64,000 bases of DNA from Penicillus capitatus (Eukaryota; Plantae; Chlorophyta). A program made the translations under genes and the position numbers. The stretch spans positions 325,949 through 389,948 of the forward strand of contig OZ287698.1 of the NCBI GenBank assembly GCA_965649825.1, written 5' to 3'. This document shows positions 49,343-60,662 of the stretch, in pieces (position 1 is the first letter of the stretch; each line of letters starts with the position of its first letter). The notes below the pieces were generated by a model that saw only the letters and a program-made list of their open reading frames with translations, ran no database searches and had not been told where the DNA came from.

Positions 49343-51307
49343 ATGGACGTGAACGGGGCGACCGCGCGGCTGCAACGCGTAGCGGATCATCTCGGAGTCC
49401 AGACCATATCGCACTCTAAGCTCTGCACGGCAGAGCAGGCAGTGAGTGGCATATCGGATCACGATCGCCTCACCGTAAGCCGTCCTCTTGTCCATGCACC
49501 ATCCCATTGCGATGACTTGCTCAGATTTCGGGTTTTGTCGGCAGCGGATGTCCAGAGGAGCTTCTCGAGGCTCTGAGCCGGCGCTTTCGCCTGACAGAAC
49601 ATCCCAGACATCTCAAAATCTTCATCACGATTGGTGTTGGGGATGGAAAGGGACGCGGAATAGACGTCATGGCACATGAGGGTCTGTTAGATGAGATCGT
49701 GTACTCATGGATCGGCACGGCGCCTGGTTTCATGCGACTTGTGCATAGCAACGTCATCAAAGCATGGAATCTCCCTTTCGGATGCGGTCGCTCCCCTCTT
49801 TCGCACCCGATCGTGATCGTATTGTCTCGTTCGATGTCTCAGTGAGCCAAATGATCCGGGACTGTGGAGCGGGAAGAGTGGGACCGTTGACAAAGATCGG
49901 AATCGGAACTTTCGTCGATCCCGCCGAGACCGTACATGATCGACGCACGAAATACACAAAGTGTGACTTGCCGTCGTTTAGGGCGGAAAGAAGAACACTC
50001 GGACCACAGAGGAAAGAGTGAGAGCCACAGAGATCAACGGGGAACGGCTTCTCTGGTATGAAGCACCGAAGAAGATACACGTGGCTTTGTTACGGGGCAC
50101 AACTGCTGACACCGATGGCAACATCAGTTTCGAAAAGGAGGCGCTCCTGTTGGATACCCGACTCAAAGTGTGTGAGATCACACTTTTGAGTATGGCACAT
50201 TCTGTCCTCAGGCCATTGCCGTGCATAACAGCGGAGGCATGGTGATCGTTCAGGTCGAGCGGATCGTCGAAAGATACACCATTCCAACGCGACACGTTCA
50301 TCTTCCTGGAACGCTCGTTGATAAAGTGTCTCCTTTTCTGTGTCTTCTGTGTGATGTGACAGATCGTGCAGATCGTGGTGGTGTCGAAGCCGGAATGGCA
50401 TCTACAGACGTTTAGCTTCGGACTCTACGATCCGAGCATCTCGGGTGCCTGCAGAGCCGTGGTAGATCGCAAGGGTCGACCAAAAATGGACGAACGCAAG
50501 GTCATTGCACACAGAGCGTTTTTTGAGATTCAGAAATCGGCACGCGTCGTCAATTTGGGAGTCGGTATGCCGGAAGGTGTTGCGGTGATGGCAGCACAGT
50601 ACACATCGCAGAATCCGGCGGCTGCTGATGTGACACTCACAACAGAGGCAGGCGTTATGGGCGGATTCCCTTGCGGAGGGCTTCGTTTTGGAACGGCCAG
50701 AAATCCTGTGTCGCACTTACCGTCGGACACCATGTTGGATTTCTACAACGGTGGCGGCATCGATATCGCCTTCCTGGGCATGGCTGAGGTGCATCTTGGC
50801 ACGATGGGCGCGCCGTCAAGATCACGAACTGATGTGACAGGTGGATGCTCAAGGCAACGTCAACGTCTCCGATTTCGGTCAAGGCAGGATGCCAGGATGT
50901 GGCGGGTTCATCGATATCAGCCAATCGGCAAAGATGGTGGTTTTCATGGGATGTCACACAAACGGCGGCCTTAAGGTCATACATCTCACTCTTTCTTCTC
51001 ACACATCTTTCCGTTCCGTACATAGGTTTCGCTCGAGCACGCTCGGTTGCAGATTGTCCAAGAAGGTCGACAGGCAAAGTTCCGCCGCCATATTCATGAA
51101 AAGACGTTTTCTGCGGCATCCAGTCGCGGTCGGACGATTCTCTACGTCACCGAACGTGCCGTTCTGCGTCTGATCCCTCAAGGAGGACTGGAGCTAATCG
51201 AGATCGCTCCAGGCATCGATCTCGAGACCGTGCTCTCGACCATGGACTTCACTCCTGCCATTCGAACGCCATTAAAGACCATGGACGCTCGCATTTTTGC
51301 TGCTTAA
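49343..51307 (+). CDS. Acetate/acyl CoA-transferase, YdiF-like fused family I enzyme
   Basis: [63 protein letters not shown] and YVTERAV. Confidence 0.9.
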
Positions 51308-51335
51308 GCATTTCGTTCGTGTCTCTGCCGAGAGC

Positions 51336-52087
51336 ATGCGTGCGTCCTTGCGCAAGACTTTCAGTAAAATATCGTTGCACGTCATCGACGTCGTTTCTGT
51401 CGAGATCGGAGCGTCGCTGCGCGCCGCGGACGTCTCGGGGCGTCGCTGGGCACGTCAGCAGGCGACGTCTCTCAGAGCCGGCCAGGCGATCCTGCACAAA
51501 GGCAAACTCTGTACCGTGGTCAAAGCGACACACCATCAAGGCACGGCTCGACAAGCAGGCAATGTCCAGCTCGAACTGCGAGATATCCGCACCCAACTGC
51601 GACACACCGAACGCCTGCGATCAGCAGAAGATGTCGAAATGGCCTTCCTAACAGCCGCCAAACACAGCATCTTATACAAAGAAGCCGATACAGTCGTCTG
51701 TATGGACACCACCACATATGATCAGGTGTGTCTATGAGTGACCAACCACTACGGCCACCACACTGCTTTTCACATCATCCCGTATGACGTCTCTCGATGG
51801 CGATGTAGATCGCGGTTGGATCCGGGATCTTCGGAGAGCATGCTGTGTACTTGCACAGTGATATGGAGGTGACGATTGAATCGTATGAAGGCGAGGCAGT
51901 GATCGGATCGCTGCCTGTCGTGGTTGAACTGCCTGTGGCGTCGGTTGATGATGAAGAGCGTGATGGGACACGCGAGGCAACACTGGAAAACGGCCACGTT
52001 CTCAAACTCCCTGCCTTTGTCAAGTCCGGCGATCTCGTTCAATTCAACATTAAAGAGGGACAGTTCGTCAAACGTGTGAGAAAATAG
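51336..52087 (+). CDS. efp: Organellar translation elongation factor P-like protein
   Basis: A basic presequence, then LRAGQAILHKG, VQLELRDIRT, VELPV and ATLENG..LKLP.FVK.GD.V....KEGQFVKR. Confidence 0.85.
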
Positions 52088-52380
52088 AGACGGTGGCGTA
52101 AGGTGTTGTATACGGTTACCGTATATGTCCAGCCGAATGAGCGGTTGAGGGGCAGCGTCTTTATTTGCATTGCATTGCATTGGATTGAGACAAACACGTG
52201 ATTTTCACTCGTCCCTCTGTTCGGCTCTTCACCTGCTCCACAACCGGCGGTCGTTTGCATTTGCGTTGTCTTATTGCGTCAACTTTGTCCGTCGCTTCGC
52301 CGTCGCGACATTCAGTCGATTCTTTTTTGTGGAAAAAGGGAACAGCTCCGCTCCGTCGCACCGTGCCTACCACGTTCGCT

Positions 52381-53898
52381 ATGGCGCCAGGAGTTATGTG
52401 GACGAAAGAGGTACCATCGCATCGCTGTGGAATCGCAGTAGGAATTGAGGGTTTGGCTGTGTGCGTTCGTTCACTCGGTCAGGACTGTGACAAACTCAAC
52501 GAGCTCGTCGAGCGACACGGAAAAAAGTGGACACCGATCGCGTCCTTTCTAGGAGAGGGTAAAACGGGAAAACAAGTATGGATGTCTGCCTCTTTTGCCT
52601 TGACGGATAGCGAGCCGTCACGATGGATGTCTTAGTGCCGGCGTCAGTGGGAACGACTCAATATCATGACGAAGCAATGCGGCTGGTCGCCAGAGGTGCG
52701 ATGACGCAGACGGTGGTGAAACATTTCCCGACGCGTGGACTGTAGGAAGATGCAATGCTGTTGGAATTCCATTCGAAACTCGGAAACAAGTGGACAAGAA
52801 TCTCGCGAATGATTGGTGGACGGACGGACAATGCCGTGAAGAATCGATACCACGCTCTCAGGCTGAAACGCAAGACGAAGTATTTGACCCGAGTCGATGC
52901 TCAAGGACAAAACAGCGAAAACGTAAGTGTATGTTCGTGCGCTCGAGCGTGCGTTCGTGCGTTGACATGAGGTGGTGGTGGTGTTTGGTTAGGGACTCGG
53001 TAAGAGATGTCTTCGGAATTGCAGTTCGTTGGAGCAGAGACGTGCTGCGAAAGAGGCAGGGATAGAGAAATCGGGTGATGGGACGTCGCTGTCCGATGCA
53101 GCGGAGGGCGTTCAGTTCAAAAGCGAGGCACTGCACAAGACTGGGTACTATCCGAATTACGAGGGAACATGGACAGCGGGTAACCATTTCCCCTCGACGG
53201 ATTCAACGTGGACACAGCGAGAGACATGCAAAATTCAGCAGGCTTCATCTGCTGTACCTTATAGCGGATTAGGCATCTACACGCAAGCCCATGCGGCACC
53301 GGAGGCAATGAACAACGGTCAGCAACGGACTCTTTTTTTGAATCTCGCCAGTGAAGCTGGCCCCTCCATCATGGCACCCTCTCGGGTATCACCCGGCAGC
53401 AATCGAATGGCTGTGGACGATTCGGATTCGATGGAATCTTCATCCGAGAATAAACTGATTGCGATGTCGACGGTGCAGTCCGAAAGTAAGATAAAAGTGT
53501 GAGAAATGCAATGTATGAGTGAGAATGGTGTGTTGGATGATGTAGGTTTGCCGCAGATCTACGAGAGTGGTGCACCCCTGAATTCTCCGTTCTACTTGAG
53601 CACGAATTCGCATCCATTGCCATCTCGTGTCGTGGATGGAGGTCACCCGATCGAGATGCTGAGCTACAGTAGCGCACCCTTTTCGTTACCCGAATCCACC
53701 ATCCCCACGAAGAAGGTTCCAGATCTCACACTGGATTTGACATTCCAGCAGAAGATTGATGGCTTTGATTTTGACTCATTCCTTCACTCCGTGTCTCCGA
53801 TGTCCCCGACGGCGTATCTAAAATTCCTCAACTCCCTCAGTCCCATCAACCGCCAGCCTTCATGTGTATCCGACCACGATTCGCACATGAAACCTTGA
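52381..53898 (+). CDS. R2R3-type MYB transcription factor
   Basis: WTKE...HGKKWTPIA..LGEGKTGKQCRRQW and WSPEED.ML...H..LGNKWTRIS..I.GRTDNAVKNRY. Confidence 0.88.
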
Positions 53899-54742
53899 TT
53901 GAAACCATGACGTACGTACGCAGTCAAGGATTGAGCTGGTTGTTCGGCGTCAAGTATCATAAACATAGACGGTCCTTTCCCTATGTATCAAGCCAAGACA
54001 TCTTTTGTTCAATTTCTATACATACAAGATCTATTTCATCAGAATGGATATCCCGTTCGCTGTTGGGGGGTGGACTGTGGTGGCAAGTTATAAGAAAAGG
54101 GGGGAACGTGTACGGAGAGAATGCGTGTCTCTGTTTTTCTTTTCATGTTCCCCGTTGATCTTTCTCCAGATGAACTAACTCTTTTCCATCGAAAATACGA
54201 GCTGAGCATCTTATGATTCTTTTCTTTTCCATTTGAGGGATGACGACGGATGCGTTGCCATCACAGTCTTGCTGTCAGAGGCATGAGGAATTCAATGACT
54301 AAGAAACATCATCTGAATTCATGCTGCATGTGCTTCTGGCGGCTTTGATACAAGTCTCAAGATCCTAGATGATTATTTATGGTATGTCTTTGGTCATCAT
54401 CATATGTGAAGAACCATGGGCGGCTGTACAAAATGCTTAAGCGTAAAGTGGGAAAGTAGATCGGCGTAGTCTACCACTGAATAAGGACATCATGACTCAA
54501 GTATGTGAACCTGCGACCTGCCCCAAGGATTCTCTGTGATGATTTGCATTTTTAAAAAATGCTCGATTCAATGTGACAAACGTTAAAAGGACTAGCAGTA
54601 GCAGTCGGATGCATGCATCCATCCATTCATCCTCCATGCTAAATGTTACACAAACCATTAGCCATCTGACTGGAAAGCTCCTTTCAGAGCAGACGCAGCT
54701 GAAAGATACTTCACCGCTTCGTCAAAGATTTCCTAATGAACA

Positions 54743-55844
54743 TCACGCATAGTCACGCATCTGTACCCCTCCCCCTTCGTTTCTCTTACTTTCTCCTTGA
54801 GAAGTCTCGCTTGACAGCTGCGCTCTTCCAGAATCTGTGTGCATCATATGGGGCTTGTTCCTGGTTCGCATGATAAGGGAGCAGCGCACTTTTTGTTGTT
54901 CTATTTGACTCTCTGTGAAAAGGGAAGCAAACCAGAACGAGAGTTCCACGGGATTCATGTCATTTAGCTCGTCTGGTTCTGTATAAGCCTCTAGATCTGT
55001 TCCTCTCACTTTCCGACTTAACCGCGAAACATTACGGTAAAGCTCAGTCACTTCATTGCTCAGATCGCGAATCTCCTGATGCCATCCATCAGGGCCATCA
55101 CACGGTGCCAAGAACAGGGGATCAACCTCCGGTGGCACAGTGGCGGGCGTATCGGGCAGCATCTCTACTTCGCAGATAACGACGGGCTCTGTTTTCACGA
55201 CCTCTTTCACGCAGAATCGTTCGATGCCTTTGTTGACGATCACCAGCTGTCCATCGACTTGACGCTGGTGCTCCTGGACGTGCAGCATCGTCCCGATCTT
55301 GGACATATGACCCTGGGCTGCGAAACACATGCCTGAAAAGACAGCAGTGTCCAATCGGTCGCTGTCGGGTATGACCTTACCGAATTGCCGTGTTCCTTTG
55401 AAGGGACTGTCCATCTGAATCAGCTCTTCCTCTAAACTGAAGACATCGATCGACTGCAGGAATTCTGAAGTGTGCAATCTCCTTACTTTGCCTCTCCGGC
55501 GAGGAGGGTATTGAACAGGACGCGATATCTATGAGGAATCCATTCCACTGTTAAGGGGAAGAGTGATGTTGACGTGACAGCAGTCACCTGGCTTCGAAGA
55601 TGTACAGAGGTGTTAAGCAGCCAGGCATGGCAACGACACCAAGGGGGAAGATCGGCAAGGTTCGGGTCTCACGTGTCTCTTCCTCGTCCCCAGGGGCACT
55701 GGCGATGCGCCAACTGTCGCTTCTATGGTATCGCCGGTCGCGGATTTCGCAACGGCGTCCCGTCGGACGCACAGACGAGCTTCGATGGAACACTGGCCAT
55801 GGTGTTGGGGCGAGTCGATGAGGAAGGCTGAGGTGGAAAGGCAT
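54743..55844 (-). CDS. Lon protease substrate-binding (LON N) domain protein, plastid-type, without a protease domain
   Basis: A transit-like N-terminus, LPIFPLGVVAMPG..TPL.IFEARYRVLF, RQFG, G..RF.V..VVKT.P and ELSFWFASLF. The 3' end is approximate. Confidence 0.85.
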
Positions 55845-55885
55845 GTAATTCGAACCAGTGCAGATGTCACGTCATCTTGACCATC

Positions 55886-57179
55886 ATGTTGCGCCAACTG
55901 ACGCGCCGATGTTTCATGAACGTCGCGGAGACGGTGGACTGCGTCGTGATTGGGGCAGGTTTGGTATCTATGTGGAGAAGAACATGGGCAGGAGTGTATG
56001 TCACACAGGGGTCGTCGGTTTGGCCATTGCTCGCGCGTTGGCACAGGCAGAGAGAGAAGTGTTGGTTTTGGAGCAGAGCGCCACGGCGGGGACGGGAGTG
56101 TCATCACGCAACAGTGAAGGTGTGAGATGATCATCTCCTAAAATGTGTGACATGATGATGTGACGTGTAGTCATCCATGCCGGAATCTATTACAAGAAAG
56201 ATTCCCTTAAGGCCGCTCTCTGCGTGGAGGGAAAACGCATGCTGTATGCGTACTGTCGCGAAAAGAGCATTCCGCACAAGCAATGTGGAAAACTCATTGT
56301 CGCCACGCATCCAAGGTCACACTTTGTACATAGGTCACACTTGTGATGTCGATCTGTAGTCAGCTCCGTACATTAAGTGAACTCGAAGTGCAAGCGAAGG
56401 AGAACGGAGTGGATGACGTGGAGCGACTCGATCGGAGAGACGTGCAGATTCTGGAGCCACATGTGCAATGCCTGGGTGCCTGTCTGTCGCCATCGACTGG
56501 CATCATCGACAGTCATCAACTCATGCATGCTCTTCAGGCCGATGCCGAAGCCGCGGGTGCTGTCTTCTCGTTCAACAGCCAAGTGGTCGGCGGTGATGTG
56601 ACATCTCCTGTCAAAGAACTGCAGGTGAAGAGCACAGATGGGGAAGAAACGCAGATCCATGCCCACAACATCGTCAATGCTGCCGGATTAACAGCGTGGG
56701 ACGTTGCTGGGTCTTTGAATGGATATGCCGCGCAGTATCTACCCAAGCGGCATTTTGCGAGGGGGTGCTATTTCGCCCTAAAAGGCCAAGCGCCGTTTAC
56801 TCGACTGATTTACCCCATTCCTGAACCGGGAGGCCTGGGCATCCATCTCACACTCGATTTGCAAGGGAAGGCGAAATTCGGACCGGATGTTGAGTGGATT
56901 GATACTATTGATTTTACAATTGATCCAACAAGGGCTCAGAAATTCTATGCAGCCATACGAAGCTATTATCCTGTATTGCCAGATGACAGTCTCGTGCCCG
57001 ATTACGCCGGAATCCGACCAAAGAACGTAGGACCTGGTGAAGCCGCCGCAGATTTTCTCATACAAACGCATCAGTCCCATGTGATCTTGGGACTGATTCA
57101 TTTATTTGGTATCGAATCTCCGGGGCTCACCGCCTCGCTTGCCATCGGAGAATATATTGCTGAGATACTGGATGGTTGA
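55886..57179 (+). CDS. L2HGDH: L-2-hydroxyglutarate dehydrogenase
   Basis: [64 protein letters not shown] and [10 protein letters not shown]. Confidence 0.92.
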
Positions 57180-57186
57180 GATGACC

Positions 57187-57907
57187 TTATCGGCTATGGG
57201 TCGTGATCTCCTGCAGCCACGTGCCTTGCAAAGGACTGGCATTTCTGTAACGAAACGTGCCTAGTACATAAGACGGATCGTCAGACAGACGGTTAGGGTG
57301 GCGGCGGCGGGTCTCACTCAAAGGAATCTCTTGCATTTCTCGACGAATGCAGATCCATTCGGAAAGCAGCGCCATCATTCCGAGTCCGATCGAATTGGCC
57401 GCCCACCATTCGACGTTGTGCGGAAATCCTCCATAGAGGAGACAGAAGACAGAATGCAAGATGTACACTGTCGCTGAGAAATCCAGGCACTTCTTGGATC
57501 GTTCCACCTAGACAGGCACGCACACTGCTGTCACATCAACCGATCACACACATAGGGCATGCACAATGTGAACGAGGCAGACCGACGTTACGAGTGACGA
57601 GAGGAGATGAATGAGAATCGTTAGAGCGCCCGACATGTTTTTGAGCGTCAGCGTTCGCCAGTCAAAAATGTGGGCCAGCGTGACAGGCCGCACCAACTTG
57701 CCTGGACATATCCATCTCATACACAGCCATACAGCAGGGGGAGTATTACTGAGGGCCAGGTATTCCAGGAAGCCGATAGATAAGTAGAAGAGGCATTGAA
57801 GTGTGATAATCTGTGAGAGAATCAAGACGGGATCCCAGACCTAAGAGAAAACGAAGGCCTTAGTGGGTCTAAGAGTCAACGTCGCGCACCTGAGCGCCAT
57901 AAAACAT
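57187..57907 (-). CDS. SYS1: Golgi membrane protein SYS1
   Basis: MFYGAQ|VWDPVLILSQIITLQCLFY, ERSKKCLDFSATVYILH and EWICIRREMQEIP. Confidence 0.9.
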
Positions 57908-58125
57908 CACGCGGTATCGCGACGCACCAACAGACGATAGACACAGATACGGAGTCTGTCGTTAGATGACTTCGTAGCTCAGCGCGATTATCCGATGGTC
58001 GATGAGATGAAGCGACTCGACGCGGGGACGGTCGTCTGTTGAGCATTGAGAAAAAATGGTGTTCATCGAAATGAACAAACGCCATTGCTGTCACATCAAC
58101 GTCACGTCAGTTGTGTTGTTGTATG

Positions 58126-59364
58126 CTACTCCGTGGCATAGGGGTCGGTGTCGACATCGGAGTCCGACAAGAAGTCGTCGTCGTCAGCCAGTTCCATACG
58201 ATCTGGGGAAAATTCGGTGAGGGGGATGTCGTCTGGAAGATGAACGGGTGAGAGATCCGGTGCGGCGTGAAGTCCTTTCTCTAATGTTTGCAAAACGGGC
58301 GTCTCCAAAGACATGTAGTAAACCACTCTCAGCAACTGTCACATCAAGCACAACATCCCGATCCTGTCACATCAGTCGGATGCAAAAGAGTGACCAGTAG
58401 ACTTGGGATGTCTCCGAGATTGGGCGATGGAAAGGATGTGCAGGAGGTTCGGGAGGTGACGGCGGTGCTTTCGTCCGATGCCGGTGCGAAGGCACTGGGA
58501 ACAGAGATCAAATAAAAACATAAGAGTGAGAAGTGTGACCTTTCTCTCCCACGTTTAACACCAAGCTCTGCACAGCGAGGCATACCTTTCTCCAGTCTCT
58601 TATGACACAGCAGTAGACATCTCACACTCTCTCTGAAACCAAAAGAATAGAAAGCATGGCGCTCTTTCTGCACATAACCCGCTTTGCACGCAACTCCGTC
58701 CGGACAGGAGGTATTACTGTCCATGGCAGTGCAGGAGGGCGACGTATCCAAGCATCCAATGGCTCTTGTCCGCCAAAAATCACCTTCGCCGAGTGCTTCA
58801 TCATCAAACTGCAGAACTGAGCAATTCGCACCTCGTTCTGATTGATCGCCATGCGGCGGCACGTCTTGCAGTCTCGGACGATCCACGGATGCGAAGCATA
58901 GGTCCGATACCTAACGACACAGTCATACACGTATCTATCCTCGCTTCCGTATGCACGATACCGTTTGTTCTGTCCCGGTTCGATGATGCTGTAAGCGATC
59001 TACGTTCACACCTATCTCACTCTTTTATTGATGTGCGAGGTCGCGCACTTCGTGGCCGCTGAAATCTAGCCAGATCGCACGGGCCCGGTCATCGGAGGCG
59101 TTGTGGAAGTTGATGACCGTCACCTGTTCGCTCTTGACCGATCGAAGTCGCACCTGAGAAGGCGGTTAGCGAAAAAGGCGGCGGCGCCGCCGGGACAGGC
59201 GCTACGTCGACGATCTCTTTGACACGGTTGCCAGAATGGGAGGTCACCGTCGCGAAAGCGAGTTCCGTGATGTCGCTTGGGCGATAACGAAAGAGACATC
59301 TTTGTTCGAGCGTTTCTAAATTGTGACCATAGTGTTCTTCCCAATCGTCCAATCCCGCAGCCAT
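58126..59364 (-). CDS. pVHL-like beta-domain protein with a helical C-terminal module and acidic tail
   Basis: The spliced frame gives RSVKSEQVTVINFHNASDDRARAIWLDFSGHEIAYSIIEPGQNKRYRTYASHPWIVRD, which aligns without gaps to pVHL residues W88-W117. Confidence 0.8.
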
Positions 59365-59464
59365 TTCGAAAAAGAAAACCGTCGACAACGCACAGAAACT
59401 CGACCAACGTCACATACAGCGCACGCACAACATGCTCACGTCACATCGTAGATGATGGGATGGC

Positions 59465-60662
59465 TCAGCGATAACGATCGGACTCGTACATTGGCGGCGT
59501 TCTGGAGCCGAGATCTCGACAGTCGCCTTCTTCAGGCAGAACGCGAACGAATTTGGGAGAAGAATGGTAACCGTTGCGGCAGACAAAGCGACGTTTAATC
59601 GGGTGATCCATGAGATTGGCGGCGTCACAGGGGTGGTGATCTTCGGGAAAGGGATGTGACGGCTCGATAAAACAGCGCACTTGACGGACGTGTCGCTGCA
59701 GATCAGTGAGAAGTGGATAGGTCGATTGCCGCAACAGCTGTTGAGCATCTCGTAGTTCGCCGATTTGTGAAGCGAGTCGGATCTGTTGCTTCGAAATCGA
59801 TCGTAGATCGTCGCAGAGATTCGACAGCTGCAAAGGACATACTGGATCACGCCCCTCATCTTTCATCAGATTCGCGCTCCTCTCACTCTCTGGATGACGG
59901 CGGCTTTCTGGGGCTGCTTGATCTGTGCAGTGATGTGACGTCTGGACGATGGTGTTCTGTACATCCGAGAGGGTACGTTGCTGCTCAGAGAGACGCGCTT
60001 CCATGATATTGAGTCGATGCTGCAGGTCGTCAGGAGCATCCAGTACGGTATGTGTGCGTTGTCCGATCTCGGTGATCTTTCTGGCAACGGATTCGCCCCA
60101 CTGCAAGGAAGAAAGGGTAGGTGATGCGACGGTTATGAGTGAGTTTGCGTCGCCAGACTCGGCAACGGAGTCGCCCAGTTGTAAGGGGGAGAGGGCAGGT
60201 GATGTGACTGTTAAGAGTGAGCAGACGTCACCAGTCTTGGCAACGGATGTGACGTCCAATGGCAGAATCGACTCTTCCTTCGCTTCTTGGACAGCGCTTT
60301 CCTTGTTCTCCGTTCCTTTCTCCACCGAACGGATGTCTTCCATTTTTGCTCCTAGTCGATCACTCAACCGTGACACTTTTCAAAAGCTGACGTGTCACAC
60401 TCGTGTGAGATAATGTACTACGAAGGGAGGCAATTTCGCGTATGTACTCGCCGACCCGTTCGTCGATTTGCGACGGCGCGAGTTCTTTCTCCTTCACAGC
60501 AATACCAAGAGTCCTGGCACGCGTCGCAAGCACTTCACAGCTCTCGCAGCACGCCACAAGTTGCGCAACGCAGTCGTTCGCGACTTCTGTATATTGCTGT
60601 AATCGACGGCAAAGATCGTGATGTGTATCATCATCACAAACCGCCCTCTCCGCTTTGCCCAT
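59465..60662 (-). CDS. Hypothetical coiled-coil protein with an internal 26-aa repeat
   Basis: Two long open frames (60360-60722 and 59465-60376) with heptad-like segments. I recognised no family. Confidence 0.5.
60083..60250. repeat. 78-bp coding tandem repeat, about 2.1 copies
   Basis: GGCAACGG recurs at 60083, 60161 and 60239. The repeat encodes GDVCSLLTVTSPALSPLQLGDSVAES / GDANSLITVASPTLSSLQWGESVARK. Confidence 0.85.

Noticed and set aside
54180-54700. C/D box snoRNA cluster in the AT-richer gap between MYB and the LON-N gene
   Set aside because: TGATGA and CTGA boxes are present, but I could not match any guide segment convincingly to rRNA or snRNA. A snoscan/Infernal search is needed.
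641-60255. TGATGTGAC as purely a branch point or trans-splicing signal
   Set aside because: It occurs antisense in some introns, in coding sequence and in divergent spacers, and sometimes abuts the acceptor AG too closely. A splicing-only role cannot explain the distribution.
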